Shown piece after piece: positions 16,856-26,987 of a stretch of 45,322 nucleotides of DNA; positions within the stretch are counted from its first letter, which is position 1; each line of letters opens with the position of its first letter. The notes under the pieces are model-generated. The model was not told the origin of the DNA and ran no database searches. It saw nothing but the letters and a program-made list of their open reading frames with translations. The position numbers and the translations under genes were made by a program. The DNA is taken from the NCBI RefSeq assembly GCF_041685465.1, contig NZ_JAWLFS010000001.1, positions 1 through 45,322 of the forward strand. Reading direction: 5' to 3'. This DNA comes from Rhodosalinus sp. (GTDB lineage: Bacteria; Pseudomonadota; Alphaproteobacteria; Rhodobacterales; Rhodobacteraceae).

Positions 16856-18295
16856 GTGACCAAACAGGCCCGGATGTCGGATCGGATACGTGTCGGTGTC
16901 CTTCCTGCGCCGTCGCGCATCGAATGGATCATCGAGCAGTTCGCCGACCTCGCCGTCGCGATCGACCGCGACGGCCGGGTGCTCGGCCTGTCGGTGAGTC
17001 CCGAAAGCCCCTATCTCGGGTGTCTCGATCACTGGGTCGGGCGTGACTTCCGCGAGTTCCTGACCGAGGACAGCCGCTCCAAGTTCGAGGATCGCATCGC
17101 CACGGTGCTCGCCGATCCGGACGCGGTGGTGCGTCCGATGGAGCTCAACCACGTGGACAACGCGAACTGGGAATTCCCGATTCGCTACACGATTCACGAC
17201 GCGGGCGAGGATCACGGTATCCTGCTGCTCGGCCGCGACATGCAGCCCTTCGCCGACATTCAGCAGCGGCTGGTGCGCGAACAGCTCGCGCGGGAGCGCG
17301 ACGCGGAGCGGTTCCGGGGCGTGGAGACGCGGTACCGCGTGGTCTTCGACGCCTCCGAGACGCCGATGGCGATGGTCGAGCCCGACACCGGCCGCGCGCT
17401 CGACCTGAACCGTGCGGCGATGCAGCTTCTGTCCGTCAAGACCGACAATCTGAGCGCCAACGCCTTCGCGCAGTGTTTCGAGGGCCGCCGCAAGGGCGAG
17501 TTCGGCGAAGCGCTGAAGGCCGCGGCGGCGGCGGACGACGCACAGGGCGTGTCGACGGTCCTGCGCCGCACCGGGGCGGACGTGCGCCTCTGTCCGGAGT
17601 TCTTCCGCGCCTCGGGCGAAGTCTCCCTGCTCTGCCGCATCCTGCCGGTCCTGGACGAGGATCAATCCGGGCGCGAGTTCCAGCGCGCGCTGTCGCAACT
17701 CTACGAGAGCACGAGCGACGCCATCGTGCTGACCGACGCCAAGGGCGCCGTGCGCGAGGCGAACGAGGGCTTCCTGCGCCTCACCGACGCGGCGCAGCTG
17801 CGCGACGTGCAGGGCCGGCCGCTGGCCGATTTCCTCGCCCGCGGCGCCGTGGACATGAAGCTCATCTTCGAGCAGCTCGACAAGACCGGGCGGCTCAGGG
17901 GCTACGCCGCACAGGTCGAGAGCGTGGTGGGCATGCGCGCGACGGTCGACATCTCCGCCGCGCGGCTCAACGGTCGCACCGACCGCCAGATCGGCTTCAT
18001 CCTCCGCGAGGCGAGCGCGACGCAGGCGATCTCGGTCGCCGAGGCGGGCGCCACGATGAGCGAGGAGGCGATGACCAACGTCATGGACCTTGTCGGGACC
18101 GCCTCGCTCAAGGAACTCGTCGGCGCGACCACCGACGTGGTCGAGAAACTCTGCATCGAGACGGCGGTGCGTCTCACCGACAACAACCGTGTCGCCGCGG
18201 CCGAGATGCTCGGCCTGTCGCGGCAGAGCCTCTACGTGAAGCTCCGCAAATACGGCCTTCTCGACAACAGCGCGGATGCGGGCCGCGACGAGTAG
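16856..18295 (+). CDS. ppsR: photosynthesis gene repressor PpsR/CrtJ
   Basis: PAS domains, Q-linker (GRDMQPFADIQQRLVREQLARERD), conserved Cys in EKLCIETA, Fis-type HTH NRVAAAEMLGLSRQSLYVKLRKY. Start is GTG 16856 or a slightly later ATG. Confidence 0.96.
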   Translation: MTKQARMSDRIRVGVLPAPSRIEWIIEQFADLAVAIDRDGRVLGLSVSPESPYLGCLDHWVGRDFREFLTEDSRSKFEDRIATVLADPDAVVRPMELNHVDNANWEFPIRYTIHDAGEDHGILLLGRDMQPFADIQQRLVREQLARERDAERFRGVETRYRVVFDASETPMAMVEPDTGRALDLNRAAMQLLSVKTDNLSANAFAQCFEGRRKGEFGEALKAAAAADDAQGVSTVLRRTGADVRLCPEFFRASGEVSLLCRILPVLDEDQSGREFQRALSQLYESTSDAIVLTDAKGAVREANEGFLRLTDAAQLRDVQGRPLADFLARGAVDMKLIFEQLDKTGRLRGYAAQVESVVGMRATVDISAARLNGRTDRQIGFILREASATQAISVAEAGATMSEEAMTNVMDLVGTASLKELVGATTDVVEKLCIETAVRLTDNNRVAAAEMLGLSRQSLYVKLRKYGLLDNSADAGRDE

Positions 18296-18325
18296 TCCCC
18301 GCCCGCGCCCCCGATCCGTCCCGAC

Positions 18326-19285
18326 GTGCAACCGAGCGGGGAAAGGATGCTGCGGCCGTCGGCCGGACACAGGGTTACAAATCTCGCGCAGTCGCTGCTT
18401 CTGATCGCGGCGATGGCGGGGGTCGCGTGGGTCACCCTCCGCGCCCTCGTGGGGCCGGACCTGGCCGCGGCGATCGCCGCCGGCGGCGGCCTCGGCCTGT
18501 TCTTCGCGCCCCGGGTGCCGAAGCGGATGCTGCTCGGCGCCTACGGCGCGCGCCCGCTCGGCCGGCGGGAGTTTCCGCTCGGTCACGCGCTCCTTGCCGA
18601 GCTCGCGCGACGGGCGGGGTTGCCGCGGGCGCCTGCGCTCTATTACGTGCCGAGCCGCGTGCCCAATGCCTTCGCGCTGGGCACCCCCGGGGACAGCGCG
18701 ATCTGCGTCACCGACGGGATGCTGCGCCTCCTGAACCGCCATGAGTTTGCCGGCGTGCTCGCACACGAGATCAGCCACGTCGCGCACCATGATCTCCGGA
18801 TCATGGCGCTCGCCGATCTGCTGGCGCGGATCGTCTCGCTCGCCGCCTGGGCGGGGCAGATCATGCTCCTGATCAACATCCCGCTGCTGCTGGTCGGGGC
18901 GACGGTGATCCCGTGGCACCTGCCGCTTCTGCTGATCCTCTCGCCGGCCTTCGTCGCGCTTCTGCAACTCGCGCTCTCGCGCACGCGCGAATACGAGGCG
19001 GACCGGGGCGCGGTCGCGCTGACCGGCGACGCGGAGGGGCTCGTCGCCGCGCTCCGCAAGCTGGAGCGCCGCGTCGGGTCCCTCTGGGAGGAGATCGTCC
19101 TGCCCGGACGGCGCATTCCCGAGCCCTCGCTCCTGCGCACCCATCCGCCAACGGAGACGCGGGTCGCGCGGATGCGCGCGCTCGCGCCGCCGACGCCGCG
19201 TCCCGCGCTGCCCGAGGGGGACGTGACGTGGCGACCCGCGGCCGCGCCGCTGCCGCGCTTCGGCCGCTTCGGCGTCTGGCGCTGA
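18326..19285 (+). CDS. HtpX-like M48 membrane zinc metalloprotease
   Basis: PNAFALG, GVLAHEISHV (HExxH), LSRTREYEADRGA, LRTHPPTETR and TM segments. Start may be ATG 18347. Confidence 0.9.
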   Translation: MQPSGERMLRPSAGHRVTNLAQSLLLIAAMAGVAWVTLRALVGPDLAAAIAAGGGLGLFFAPRVPKRMLLGAYGARPLGRREFPLGHALLAELARRAGLPRAPALYYVPSRVPNAFALGTPGDSAICVTDGMLRLLNRHEFAGVLAHEISHVAHHDLRIMALADLLARIVSLAAWAGQIMLLINIPLLLVGATVIPWHLPLLLILSPAFVALLQLALSRTREYEADRGAVALTGDAEGLVAALRKLERRVGSLWEEIVLPGRRIPEPSLLRTHPPTETRVARMRALAPPTPRPALPEGDVTWRPAAAPLPRFGRFGVWR

Positions 19286-19318
19286 CGGGCAGGGGGCGCT
19301 GACGGGCAGGGGGCGCTG
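19278..19318 (+). repeat. 17-bp tandem duplication (2.4 copies) spanning the protease stop codon
   Basis: ggcgctgacgggcaggg at 19278-19294 and 19295-19311, then ggcgctg. Confidence 0.85.
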
Positions 19319-19375
19319 CCCCCTCTTGGCCTGACGGCCAATTCACCCCCGGAGTATTTGGACCAAGATGATGGG
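19308..19375 (-). repeat. structured dispersed repeat, copy 3 (diverged, inverted)
   Basis: Reverse complement reads cccatcatcttggtccaaatactccgggggtgaa-ttggcc gtca ggccaa-gagggggcagcgccccct, the same architecture as copies 1 and 2. Confidence 0.85.
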
Positions 19376-19424
19376 CACGGGGGCGCGACCCCGCGGCGGG
19401 CGCGGGTTAATCGGGGCGCAGGCC

Positions 19425-19453
19425 TTGCAGACTCGGCGCGGGCCGCGTATATG
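19425..19453 (+). promoter_or_regulatory. putative sigma70 promoter of the rimP-nusA-infB operon
   Basis: TTGCAG-N17-TATATG about 100 bp upstream of rimP. Confidence 0.6.
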
Positions 19454-19554
19454 CCTCGCAACAGCGGTTCGCCGGACCCGAGGGCCAGCGACCACCGGGA
19501 TCTTCGGACGGGCCGCCTGCCCGCCAATCTGTCGCCCGGAGCCGCAGGATCTTC

Positions 19555-20124
19555 ATGAGCCTGATCGCCAAGACCGCCATCGACCGGCGCCTCGCCGAGA
19601 TCGTCCAGCCCGTGATCGAGGACCTGGGCTTCGAGCTCGTGCGCGTCCGGCTGATGGGCGGCAAGACCCAGACCCTGCAGATCATGGCCGAGAAGCCGGA
19701 GGAGGGCATCGAGGTGGACGACTGCGCCGAGATTTCCACCGCCGTTTCGGCGGTGCTCGACGTGGAGGACCCGATCCTCGACGCCTATACCCTCGAGGTC
19801 TCGAGCCCCGGCATCGACCGGCCGCTCACGCGGCTCCGGGATTTCGCGGATTTCGAGGGCCACGAGGCCAAGCTCGAGACCGCCGAGCCGATCGACGGGC
19901 GCCGCCGCTTCAGGGGCGTGCTCGCCGGGGTGGAGGACGACGAGGTGCTGATGAACCTGCCCGAGGGCACGGTGGGGCTGAAGTTCGACTGGCTTTCGGA
20001 TGCCAAGCTCGTGCTCACCGACGCGCTCATCACGGACATGCTCAGGGCGCGCAAGGCCCGGCCGCTCGACGAGGGCGCCTACGACGAGATCGAGTCACAC
20101 CCTGCGGGGACCGAAGAGGAATAA
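19555..20124 (+). CDS. rimP: ribosome maturation factor RimP
   Basis: [29 protein letters not shown]; precedes nusA. Confidence 0.97.
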   Translation: MSLIAKTAIDRRLAEIVQPVIEDLGFELVRVRLMGGKTQTLQIMAEKPEEGIEVDDCAEISTAVSAVLDVEDPILDAYTLEVSSPGIDRPLTRLRDFADFEGHEAKLETAEPIDGRRRFRGVLAGVEDDEVLMNLPEGTVGLKFDWLSDAKLVLTDALITDMLRARKARPLDEGAYDEIESHPAGTEEE

Positions 20125-20128
20125 CGCC

Positions 20129-21754
20129 ATGGCCATCACCTCAGCCAACCAGCTCGAACTGCTCCAGACCGCCGAGGCGGTGGCGCGCGAGAAGATGATC
20201 GACCCCGCGCTCGTCGTGGAGGCGATGGAGGACAGCCTCGCCCGGGCCGCGAAGAGCCGCTACGGCAGCGAGATGGACATCCGCGTGTCCATCGACCGCA
20301 AGACGGGGCGCGCGACCTTCACCCGCGTGCGCACGGTGGTGCCGGACGAGGAGCTCGAGAACTACCAGGCCGAGATGACGGTCGAGGAGGCCGGGCAGTA
20401 CATGGACGACCCCAAGGTGGGCGACGTCTACGAGGAGGAGGTGCCGCCGGTCGAGCTTGGCCGGATCGCCGCGCAGTCGGCCAAGCAGGTGATCCTGCAG
20501 CGTGTCCGCGAGGCCGAGCGCGACCGCCAGTACGAGGAGTTCAAGGACCGCGCGGGCACGATCATCAACGGCATCGTCAAGCGCGAGGAGTACGGCAACA
20601 TCATCGTCGATGTCGGCCGGGGCGAGGCGATCCTGCGCCGCAACGAGAAGATCGGCCGCGAGAGCTATCGCAACGGCGACCGCATCCGCGCCTACATCAA
20701 GGACGTGCGCCGCGAGACGCGCGGGCCGCAGATCTTCCTCTCGCGCACCGCGCCGGAGTTCATGGCCGAGCTCTTCAAGATGGAGGTGCCGGAGATCTAC
20801 GACGGCATCATCGAGATCAAGGCGGTGGCCCGCGACCCAGGGAGCCGCGCGAAGATCGGCGTCATCTCCTATGATTCGTCGATCGACCCGGTGGGCGCCT
20901 GCGTCGGCATGCGCGGCTCGCGCGTGCAGGCGGTGGTCAACGAGCTTCAGGGCGAGAAGATCGACATCATCCCGTGGAACGAGGATCAGGCGACCTTCCT
21001 CGTCAATGCGCTGCAGCCCGCCGAGGTGGCCAAGGTGGTCATCGACGAGGACGCGCAGCGCATCGAGGTGGTGGTCCCCGACGAGCAGCTCAGCCTCGCC
21101 ATCGGGCGGCGCGGGCAGAACGTGCGGCTGGCCTCCCAGCTCACCGGCCTCGACATCGACATCATGACCGAGGAGGAGGAGAGCCAGCGCCGCCAGAAGG
21201 AGTTCGAGGCGCGCACGCAGCTCTTCATGGATGCGCTCGATCTGGACGAGTTCTTCGCGCAGTTGCTCGTGTCGGAGGGGTTCACCAACCTAGACGAGGT
21301 CGCCTACGTCGAGATGGACGAGCTTCTCGTCATCGACGGGGTGGACCAGGAGACCGCCGAGGAACTCCAGACGCGCGCCCGCGAACACCTCGAGGCGCAG
21401 GCGCGCGCGGCCCTCGAGCGCGCCCGCGAGCTTGGCGCGGAGCAGAGCCTCATTGACTTCGAGGGTCTCACGCCCCAGATGGTAGAGGCGCTGGCGAAGG
21501 ACGGTGTGACCACGCTGGAGGATTTCGCGACCTGCGCCGACTGGGAGCTCGCCGGCGGCTGGACGAGCGTCGACGGCCAGCGCGTCAAGGACGACGGCCT
21601 TCTGGAGCCTTTCGACGTTTCGCTCGAGGAGGCGCAGAACATGGTGATGACGGCCCGCGTGATGCTGGGCTGGGTCGATCCTGAGGATCTCGTCGCCTCG
21701 GAGGCGGATGCAGCCGACGACGGGGACGAGACAGTCGAGGAGGCCACGGCCTGA
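20129..21754 (+). CDS. nusA: transcription termination factor NusA
   Basis: [13 protein letters not shown]1 and KH domains ([35 protein letters not shown]); start at MAITSAN. Confidence 0.98.
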   Translation: MAITSANQLELLQTAEAVAREKMIDPALVVEAMEDSLARAAKSRYGSEMDIRVSIDRKTGRATFTRVRTVVPDEELENYQAEMTVEEAGQYMDDPKVGDVYEEEVPPVELGRIAAQSAKQVILQRVREAERDRQYEEFKDRAGTIINGIVKREEYGNIIVDVGRGEAILRRNEKIGRESYRNGDRIRAYIKDVRRETRGPQIFLSRTAPEFMAELFKMEVPEIYDGIIEIKAVARDPGSRAKIGVISYDSSIDPVGACVGMRGSRVQAVVNELQGEKIDIIPWNEDQATFLVNALQPAEVAKVVIDEDAQRIEVVVPDEQLSLAIGRRGQNVRLASQLTGLDIDIMTEEEESQRRQKEFEARTQLFMDALDLDEFFAQLLVSEGFTNLDEVAYVEMDELLVIDGVDQETAEELQTRAREHLEAQARAALERARELGAEQSLIDFEGLTPQMVEALAKDGVTTLEDFATCADWELAGGWTSVDGQRVKDDGLLEPFDVSLEEAQNMVMTARVMLGWVDPEDLVASEADAADDGDETVEEATA

Positions 21755-21768
21755 GCGGCGGCGCGACG

Positions 21769-22419
21769 ATGACCCGGGGTGGCCGCGCGAAGGACCGCGA
21801 CGCGGGTGCGATGCGGACCTGCATCGCCACCGGCGCGGAACGGCCCAGGACGGAGCTCATCCGCTTCGTGATCGGGCCCGACGACACGGTGGTGCCCGAC
21901 ATCCTCGGGCGGCTGCCGGGGCGCGGGATCCACGTCGCGCCCGAGCGCGCGGCGCTCGAACGGGCGGTGAAGAAACGGCAGTTCGCCCGCGTGGCGCGGC
22001 GGCCGGTGACGGTACCGGAGGATCTGGTCGACGCGGTCGAATCGCAGCTGGCGCGGCGCGTGGTCGAGTTGATCAGCCTCGCCCGCAAGGCGGGGATGGC
22101 CGTGGCGGGGTACGAGAAGGTGAAGGCGTGGCTCGGTCGCGGCGAGGCGAAGGTGCTGCTTCAGGCGTGCGACGGCTCGACCCGCGGCAAGTCCAGGCTC
22201 TCCACGCCCGAGGGGGGACGCTGGATCGGCTGGCTCACCTCGGACGAGTTGGGTTTGGCATTCGGGCGACAAACTGTGATACATGGAGCGCTCGGCGCTG
22301 GCGGACTCACCTCGCGTGTTGTAGAGGAGGCCGCGAAACTCCAGGGCCTGCGCACGGACGAGCAGAGCAGGGGCGGCGCAAGGGCGCGCCCCGCCGGAAA
22401 GGACAAGACGGCTAGATGA
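21769..22419 (+). CDS. ylxR: RNA-binding protein, YlxR (DUF448) fused to an L7Ae-like domain
   Basis: RTCIATG...LIRFV...LPGRG followed by [13 protein letters not shown] and ELGLAFGR; between nusA and infB. Confidence 0.88.
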   Translation: MTRGGRAKDRDAGAMRTCIATGAERPRTELIRFVIGPDDTVVPDILGRLPGRGIHVAPERAALERAVKKRQFARVARRPVTVPEDLVDAVESQLARRVVELISLARKAGMAVAGYEKVKAWLGRGEAKVLLQACDGSTRGKSRLSTPEGGRWIGWLTSDELGLAFGRQTVIHGALGAGGLTSRVVEEAAKLQGLRTDEQSRGGARARPAGKDKTAR

Positions 22420-24893
22420 GCGATAGCGACGGCAAGAAGACCCTCGGCCTGCGCGGTGGCGCGCGTTCCGGAAGCGTGAAGCAGAGCTTCAGCCACGGGC
22501 GCACCAAGAATGTGGTCGTGGAGACCAAGCGCAAGCGTGTGGTGTCGAAGCCGGCCGCGGGTGGCGCACAGGGCGGCAAGCAGTCCCAGGGCGGCGCAGG
22601 CGGCGGCAAGAGGCCGGCCGGGGTGTCCGACTCCGAGATGGAGCGCCGGCTGAAGGCGCTGCAGGCCGCGAAGGCCCGCGAGGCCGAGGAACAGCGCCAG
22701 CGCGAGGAAGAGGAGCGTCGCCGCGCCGAGGAGCGTGAGCGCCGCCGCGCCGAGCAGGAGGCCAAGGAGCGCGAGCAGCGCGAGGCCGAGGAGCGGGCGC
22801 GGCAGAAGGCCGAGGAAGAAGAGCGCAAGCGCGCCGAGGATGCGGCACGTGCCGCCGGCGGCGCACCGGCCGAGGCGGCGCCCGCCGCCAGGGCACAGCC
22901 CGCCAAGCCCGCCGCCCCCACGCCGTCCAAGAAGAAGGAGCGTGACGAGGCGCGCGATGCCAAGGGCCGCAAGGGGGAGCGCGACAGCGGTCGCCGGTCC
23001 GGCAAGCTGACGCTCAACCAGGCGCTTACGGGCGGCGAGGGCGGTCGCCAGAAATCGCTCGCGGCGATGAAGCGCAAGCAGGAGCGCGCGCGGCAGAAGG
23101 CGATGGGCCAGCAGTCCCCGCGCGAGAAGATCGTGCGCGAGGTGCAGCTGCCCGAGACGATCGTCGTCTCCGAACTCGCCAACCGCATGGCCGAGCGGAC
23201 CGCGGACGTGGTCAAGGCGCTCATGCAGAACGGCATGATGGTCACCCAGAACCAGGTGATCGACGCCGACACCGCCGAGCTCATCATCGAGGAATTCGGG
23301 CACAAGGTCGTCCGCGTCTCGGATGCCGACGTGGAAGATGCGATCCACCAGATCGAGGACCGGGCCGAGGCCATGCGCCCGCGCCCGCCGGTCGTGACCG
23401 TGATGGGCCACGTGGATCACGGCAAGACGTCGCTGCTCGACGCCATCCGCAAGACGAAGGTCACCACCGGCGAGGCCGGCGGCATCACGCAGCACATCGG
23501 CGCCTACCAGGTGCAGAGCGAGAGCGGCGAGACGCTGACCTTCCTCGACACGCCGGGTCACGCGGCCTTCACCTCGATGCGCTCGCGCGGCGCGCAGGTG
23601 ACCGACATCGTCGTGCTGGTGGTCGCCGCGGACGACGCGGTGATGCCGCAGACGGTCGAGGCCATCAACCACGCGAAGGCCGCCGGCGTGCCGATGATCG
23701 TCGCGATCAACAAGGTCGACAAGCCCTCGGCCAATCCCGACAAGGTGCGTACGGACCTCCTGCAGCACGAGATCATCGTCGAGAAGCTCTCGGGCGAGGT
23801 TCAGGACGTCGAGGTGTCGGCCATCTCGGGACAGGGGCTCGACGAGCTGCTCGAGGCGATCGCGCTGCAGTCCGAGCTCCTCGAGCTCAAGGCCAATCCC
23901 GACCGCGCCGCCGAAGGCGCGGTGATCGAGGCGCAGCTCGACGTGGGCCGCGGCCCGGTCGCGACCGTGCTGGTGCAGAAGGGCACGCTTCGGCGCGGCG
24001 ACATCTTCGTGGTGGGCGAGCAGTGGGGCAAGGTCCGCGCGCTCGTCAACGACCGCGGCGACCGCGTGAACGAGGCCGGACCCTCGGTCCCGGTCGAGGT
24101 GCTCGGCCTCAACGGCACGCCCGAGGCCGGCGATGTCCTGAACGTGGTCGAGACCGAAGGGCAGGCGCGCGAGATCGCCGAGTACCGGCAGGAAAAGGCC
24201 AAGGAGAAGCGCGCGGCCGCCGGTGCCGCGACCTCGCTCGAGCAGCTTCTGGCCAAGGCCAAGGAGGATCAGAGCGTCGCCGAGATGCCCGTGGTCATGA
24301 AGGCCGACGTGCAGGGCTCGGCCGAGGCGATCGTTCAGGCGCTCGAGAAGATCGGCAACGAGGAGGTGCGCGTGCGCGTGCTGCACTCGGGTGTCGGCGC
24401 GATCACGGAAACGGACATCAGCCTCGCCGAGGCCTCGCGGGCGCCGGTCATCGGGTTCAACGTCCGCGCCAATGCCCCGGCCCGCAACGCGGCCAACCAG
24501 AAGGGCGTGGAAATCCGCTACTACAGCGTGATCTACGATCTGGTGGACGACGTGAAGGCCGCGGCCTCGGGTCTCCTTGGCGCCGAGGTGCGCGAGCGGT
24601 TCATCGGTTACGCCGAGATCCGTCAGGTCTTCAAGGTGTCGGGCGTCGGAAAGGTCGCCGGCTGCCTCGTCACCGAGGGGATCGCGCGGCGCTCTGCCGG
24701 TGTCCGCCTCCTGCGCGAGGAGGTGGTGATCCACGAGGGCACGCTGAAGACGCTCAAGCGCTTCAAGGACGAGGTCGCCGAGGTGCAGTCCGGGCAGGAA
24801 TGCGGCATGGCGTTCGAGAACTACGAGGACATCCGCGAAGGCGACGTCATCGAGATCTTCGAGCGCGAGGAGGTCGAGCGCACGCTGACCTGA
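22416..24893 (+). CDS. infB: translation initiation factor IF-2
   Basis: [16 protein letters not shown], charged N-terminal region, [35 protein letters not shown]. Confidence 0.99.
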   Translation: MSDSDGKKTLGLRGGARSGSVKQSFSHGRTKNVVVETKRKRVVSKPAAGGAQGGKQSQGGAGGGKRPAGVSDSEMERRLKALQAAKAREAEEQRQREEEERRRAEERERRRAEQEAKEREQREAEERARQKAEEEERKRAEDAARAAGGAPAEAAPAARAQPAKPAAPTPSKKKERDEARDAKGRKGERDSGRRSGKLTLNQALTGGEGGRQKSLAAMKRKQERARQKAMGQQSPREKIVREVQLPETIVVSELANRMAERTADVVKALMQNGMMVTQNQVIDADTAELIIEEFGHKVVRVSDADVEDAIHQIEDRAEAMRPRPPVVTVMGHVDHGKTSLLDAIRKTKVTTGEAGGITQHIGAYQVQSESGETLTFLDTPGHAAFTSMRSRGAQVTDIVVLVVAADDAVMPQTVEAINHAKAAGVPMIVAINKVDKPSANPDKVRTDLLQHEIIVEKLSGEVQDVEVSAISGQGLDELLEAIALQSELLELKANPDRAAEGAVIEAQLDVGRGPVATVLVQKGTLRRGDIFVVGEQWGKVRALVNDRGDRVNEAGPSVPVEVLGLNGTPEAGDVLNVVETEGQAREIAEYRQEKAKEKRAAAGAATSLEQLLAKAKEDQSVAEMPVVMKADVQGSAEAIVQALEKIGNEEVRVRVLHSGVGAITETDISLAEASRAPVIGFNVRANAPARNAANQKGVEIRYYSVIYDLVDDVKAAASGLLGAEVRERFIGYAEIRQVFKVSGVGKVAGCLVTEGIARRSAGVRLLREEVVIHEGTLKTLKRFKDEVAEVQSGQECGMAFENYEDIREGDVIEIFEREEVERTLT

Positions 24894-24929
24894 CCCCCTG
24901 CGGGGCCGTCGCCGAAGGCGAAAGAAAAG

Positions 24930-24962
24930 AAAAGGCCGTCACCCGCGTGGTGACGGCCTTTT
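24930..24962. terminator. bidirectional intrinsic terminator between infB and the convergent small ORF
   Basis: aaaaggccgtcacc-cgcgt-ggtgacggcctttt, with an A-tract on the left and a T-tract on the right. Confidence 0.9.
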
Positions 24963-24989
24963 CCGTTCGGGCGTGCGTGCCCGTGTGCG

Positions 24990-25133
24990 TCAGGCCGCGG
25001 CCGTGCTGCGCTCGACCGGGGTGCCGGCAAAGACCTTGTCGCCCACGCGTACGGCGATCCGGTTGTCGGGCCGCTGGCCCGCGAAGATGCCCTGCACCGA
25101 CGTGCCGCTGCCTAAGATGATGGTTCTGAGCAT
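24990..25133 (-). CDS. 47-aa small hypothetical protein (not in the ORF track)
   Basis: MLRTIILGSGTSVQGIFAGQRPDNRIAVRVGDKVFAGTPVERSTAAA; RBS ggagggagg 5 nt upstream; mostly G/C third positions; followed by the terminator. Confidence 0.8.
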   Translation of the reverse strand: MLRTIILGSGTSVQGIFAGQRPDNRIAVRVGDKVFAGTPVERSTAAA

Positions 25134-25358
25134 CGAAGCCTCCCTCCGCGCGCCGGCCGCTTCCGGCGCCGCGTGCGCGTGTTACGCCCTGAACACCGCC
25201 GTGGCATCGGATCCTTCGAGACGCGGGCAGCGCGATAGATCAGGACGCAGCGGCAAGCCTGCGCGTGCCGCGGCCATTCCCCGACACGCGATGGGCGCTG
25301 CGCATTGCGGGTCGTGTCCGGGAACCCGGACCCGGTGCGCGCCTCCGGGCGAGACGCT

Positions 25359-25760
25359 CTAGAGCCAGTCGCGCAGGATCGGGATCAGCGGCAGGTCGGC
25401 GGGCGGCATCGGGTAGTCGCGCAGCGCCTTGGGCGCCGCCCAGGCGAGGCGCTGGCCCTCGCGGCCCTGCGGGATGCCGTCCCACTTGCGGCAGGCGAAA
25501 AGCGGCATCAGCAGGTGGAAGTCCTCGTAGGCGTGGCTCGCGAAGGTCAGGGGCGCGAGGCAACTCGCCGCCGTGTCGATGCCGATCTCCTCGGCAAGTT
25601 CCCGGATGAGCGCGGCCTCCGGCGTCTCGCCGGGCTCGACCTTGCCGCCCGGAAACTCCCAGAGGCCGGCCATGCTCTTGCCCTCGGGCCGCTCGGTGAG
25701 CAGCACGCGCCCGTCGCGGTCGATCAGCGCGACCGCCGCCACCAGAACCATCTTCGTCAC
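25359..25760 (-). CDS. mutT: 8-oxo-dGTP diphosphatase MutT (Nudix)
   Basis: WEFPGGKVEPGETPEAALIRELAEEIGI Nudix box; directly downstream of argJ. Confidence 0.93.
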   Translation of the reverse strand: MTKMVLVAAVALIDRDGRVLLTERPEGKSMAGLWEFPGGKVEPGETPEAALIRELAEEIGIDTAASCLAPLTFASHAYEDFHLLMPLFACRKWDGIPQGREGQRLAWAAPKALRDYPMPPADLPLIPILRDWL

Positions 25761-26983
25761 GAGCGATAGTCCGCGTTGATGTCGATGTAGCCATGCGTGA
25801 GGTCGCAGGTCCAGACGGTCGCCGCGCCGTCGCCGAGGCCGAGGTCCACGCCGATGCGGATCTCCTGCCCCTGCATGTGCGCGGCGGCGTCCTCCTCGCG
25901 GTAGTCGGGCGCGACCCAGCCTGCCTCGGCCACGCGCACCTCGCCGAAGCGGATGCTCAGCCGGTCGCGGTCCGCCGCGGCGCCGGATTTGCCCACCGCC
26001 ATGACGACGCGGCCCCAGTTCGGGTCCTCGCCCGCCACCGCGGTCTTGACCAGCGGCGAGTTGGCGATGGCGAAGGCATGGGTTTTCGCGTCCGCCGCGC
26101 TCGCCGCGCCGGTGACGGCCACCTCGATGAACTTCGTGGCGCCCTCGCCGTCGCGCACCACCTGCTGCGCGAGGTCCAGCATCACGCCGTGCAGCGCCGC
26201 GCGGAAGGCGGGGTCGCCCGCGGCCTCCACCCCGCTCGCCCCGGTCGCCGCGGCGAGCAGCGTGTCGGAGGTGGAGGTGTCGCCGTCCACGGTGATGCGG
26301 TTGAAGGTCTCGTCGGACAGCGCCGCGACCATCTCCTGCAGCGCCGCGCGCGGGAGGCGCGCGTCGGTGAAGATGTAGACGAGCATCGTCGCCATGTCCG
26401 GGGCGATCATGCCCGAGCCCTTGGCGATCCCGGCGATCCGGACGGTGCCGCCCGCAAGCTCCACGGTCGCGCCCGCGCCCTTGGGGAAGGTGTCGGTGGT
26501 CGCGATCGCCTGCGCCGCGGCCTGCCAGCCGCCGGGGGCGAGCCCGGACGCCAGCCCATCGAGCGCCGCCGCGATCCTCTCGTCGGGCAGACGTTCCCCG
26601 ATCACGCCGGTGGAGGAGGTGAAGACGCGTGATGCGGGCAGGCCGAGGCGGTCGCCGGCGGCCTCCGTCAGCCGCGCCACCGCCTCGGCGCCGTGGCGGC
26701 CGGTGAAGGCGTTGGCGTTGCCCGCGTTGACGAGGATCGCCGCGCCCGCGTCGCTCTCCGCCCCGATCTTGGTCTCGCAGTCGAGCACCGGGGCCGCGCG
26801 GGTCGCAGACCGGGTGAACACCCCGGCCAAGGCGGTGCCGGGGGCGAGCCGGGCGAGCATCACGTCGTCCCGCCCGCGGTAGCGCACGCCCGCCGCCGCG
26901 GTGGCGAGCGTCACGCCCGCGACGGAGGGGAGATCGGGAAACCGCGCGGGCGCGAGCGGCGAGCGCGGCGGCGTGGCGCCCAT
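25757..26983 (-). CDS. argJ: bifunctional ornithine acetyltransferase / N-acetylglutamate synthase
   Basis: NAGNANAFTG, STGVIG, TTDTFPK, KGSGMIAPDMATML (autocleavage Thr), DGDTSTSD, DGEGATK, CDLTHGYIDINADYRS. Confidence 0.97.
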   Translation of the reverse strand: MGATPPRSPLAPARFPDLPSVAGVTLATAAAGVRYRGRDDVMLARLAPGTALAGVFTRSATRAAPVLDCETKIGAESDAGAAILVNAGNANAFTGRHGAEAVARLTEAAGDRLGLPASRVFTSSTGVIGERLPDERIAAALDGLASGLAPGGWQAAAQAIATTDTFPKGAGATVELAGGTVRIAGIAKGSGMIAPDMATMLVYIFTDARLPRAALQEMVAALSDETFNRITVDGDTSTSDTLLAAATGASGVEAAGDPAFRAALHGVMLDLAQQVVRDGEGATKFIEVAVTGAASAADAKTHAFAIANSPLVKTAVAGEDPNWGRVVMAVGKSGAAADRDRLSIRFGEVRVAEAGWVAPDYREEDAAAHMQGQEIRIGVDLGLGDGAATVWTCDLTHGYIDINADYRS

Positions 26984-26987
26984 GCGC

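Noticed and set aside
19407-19421. CtrA box upstream of rimP
   Set aside because: Only one TTAA half-site; the second half (gcag) does not match.
19507-19530. rimP leader attenuator hairpin (ggacgggc...gcccgcc)
   Set aside because: The stem is imperfect and lacks a U-tract, so it is too weak to call.
22640-22840. Quasi-repetitive gag/cgc tract in infB
   Set aside because: This is the normal Glu/Arg/Ala-rich helical N-terminal region of IF-2.
24894-25358. Absence of rbfA-truB after infB
   Set aside because: As far as I recall this separation is usual in Rhodobacteraceae, and there is no sign of a deletion scar.
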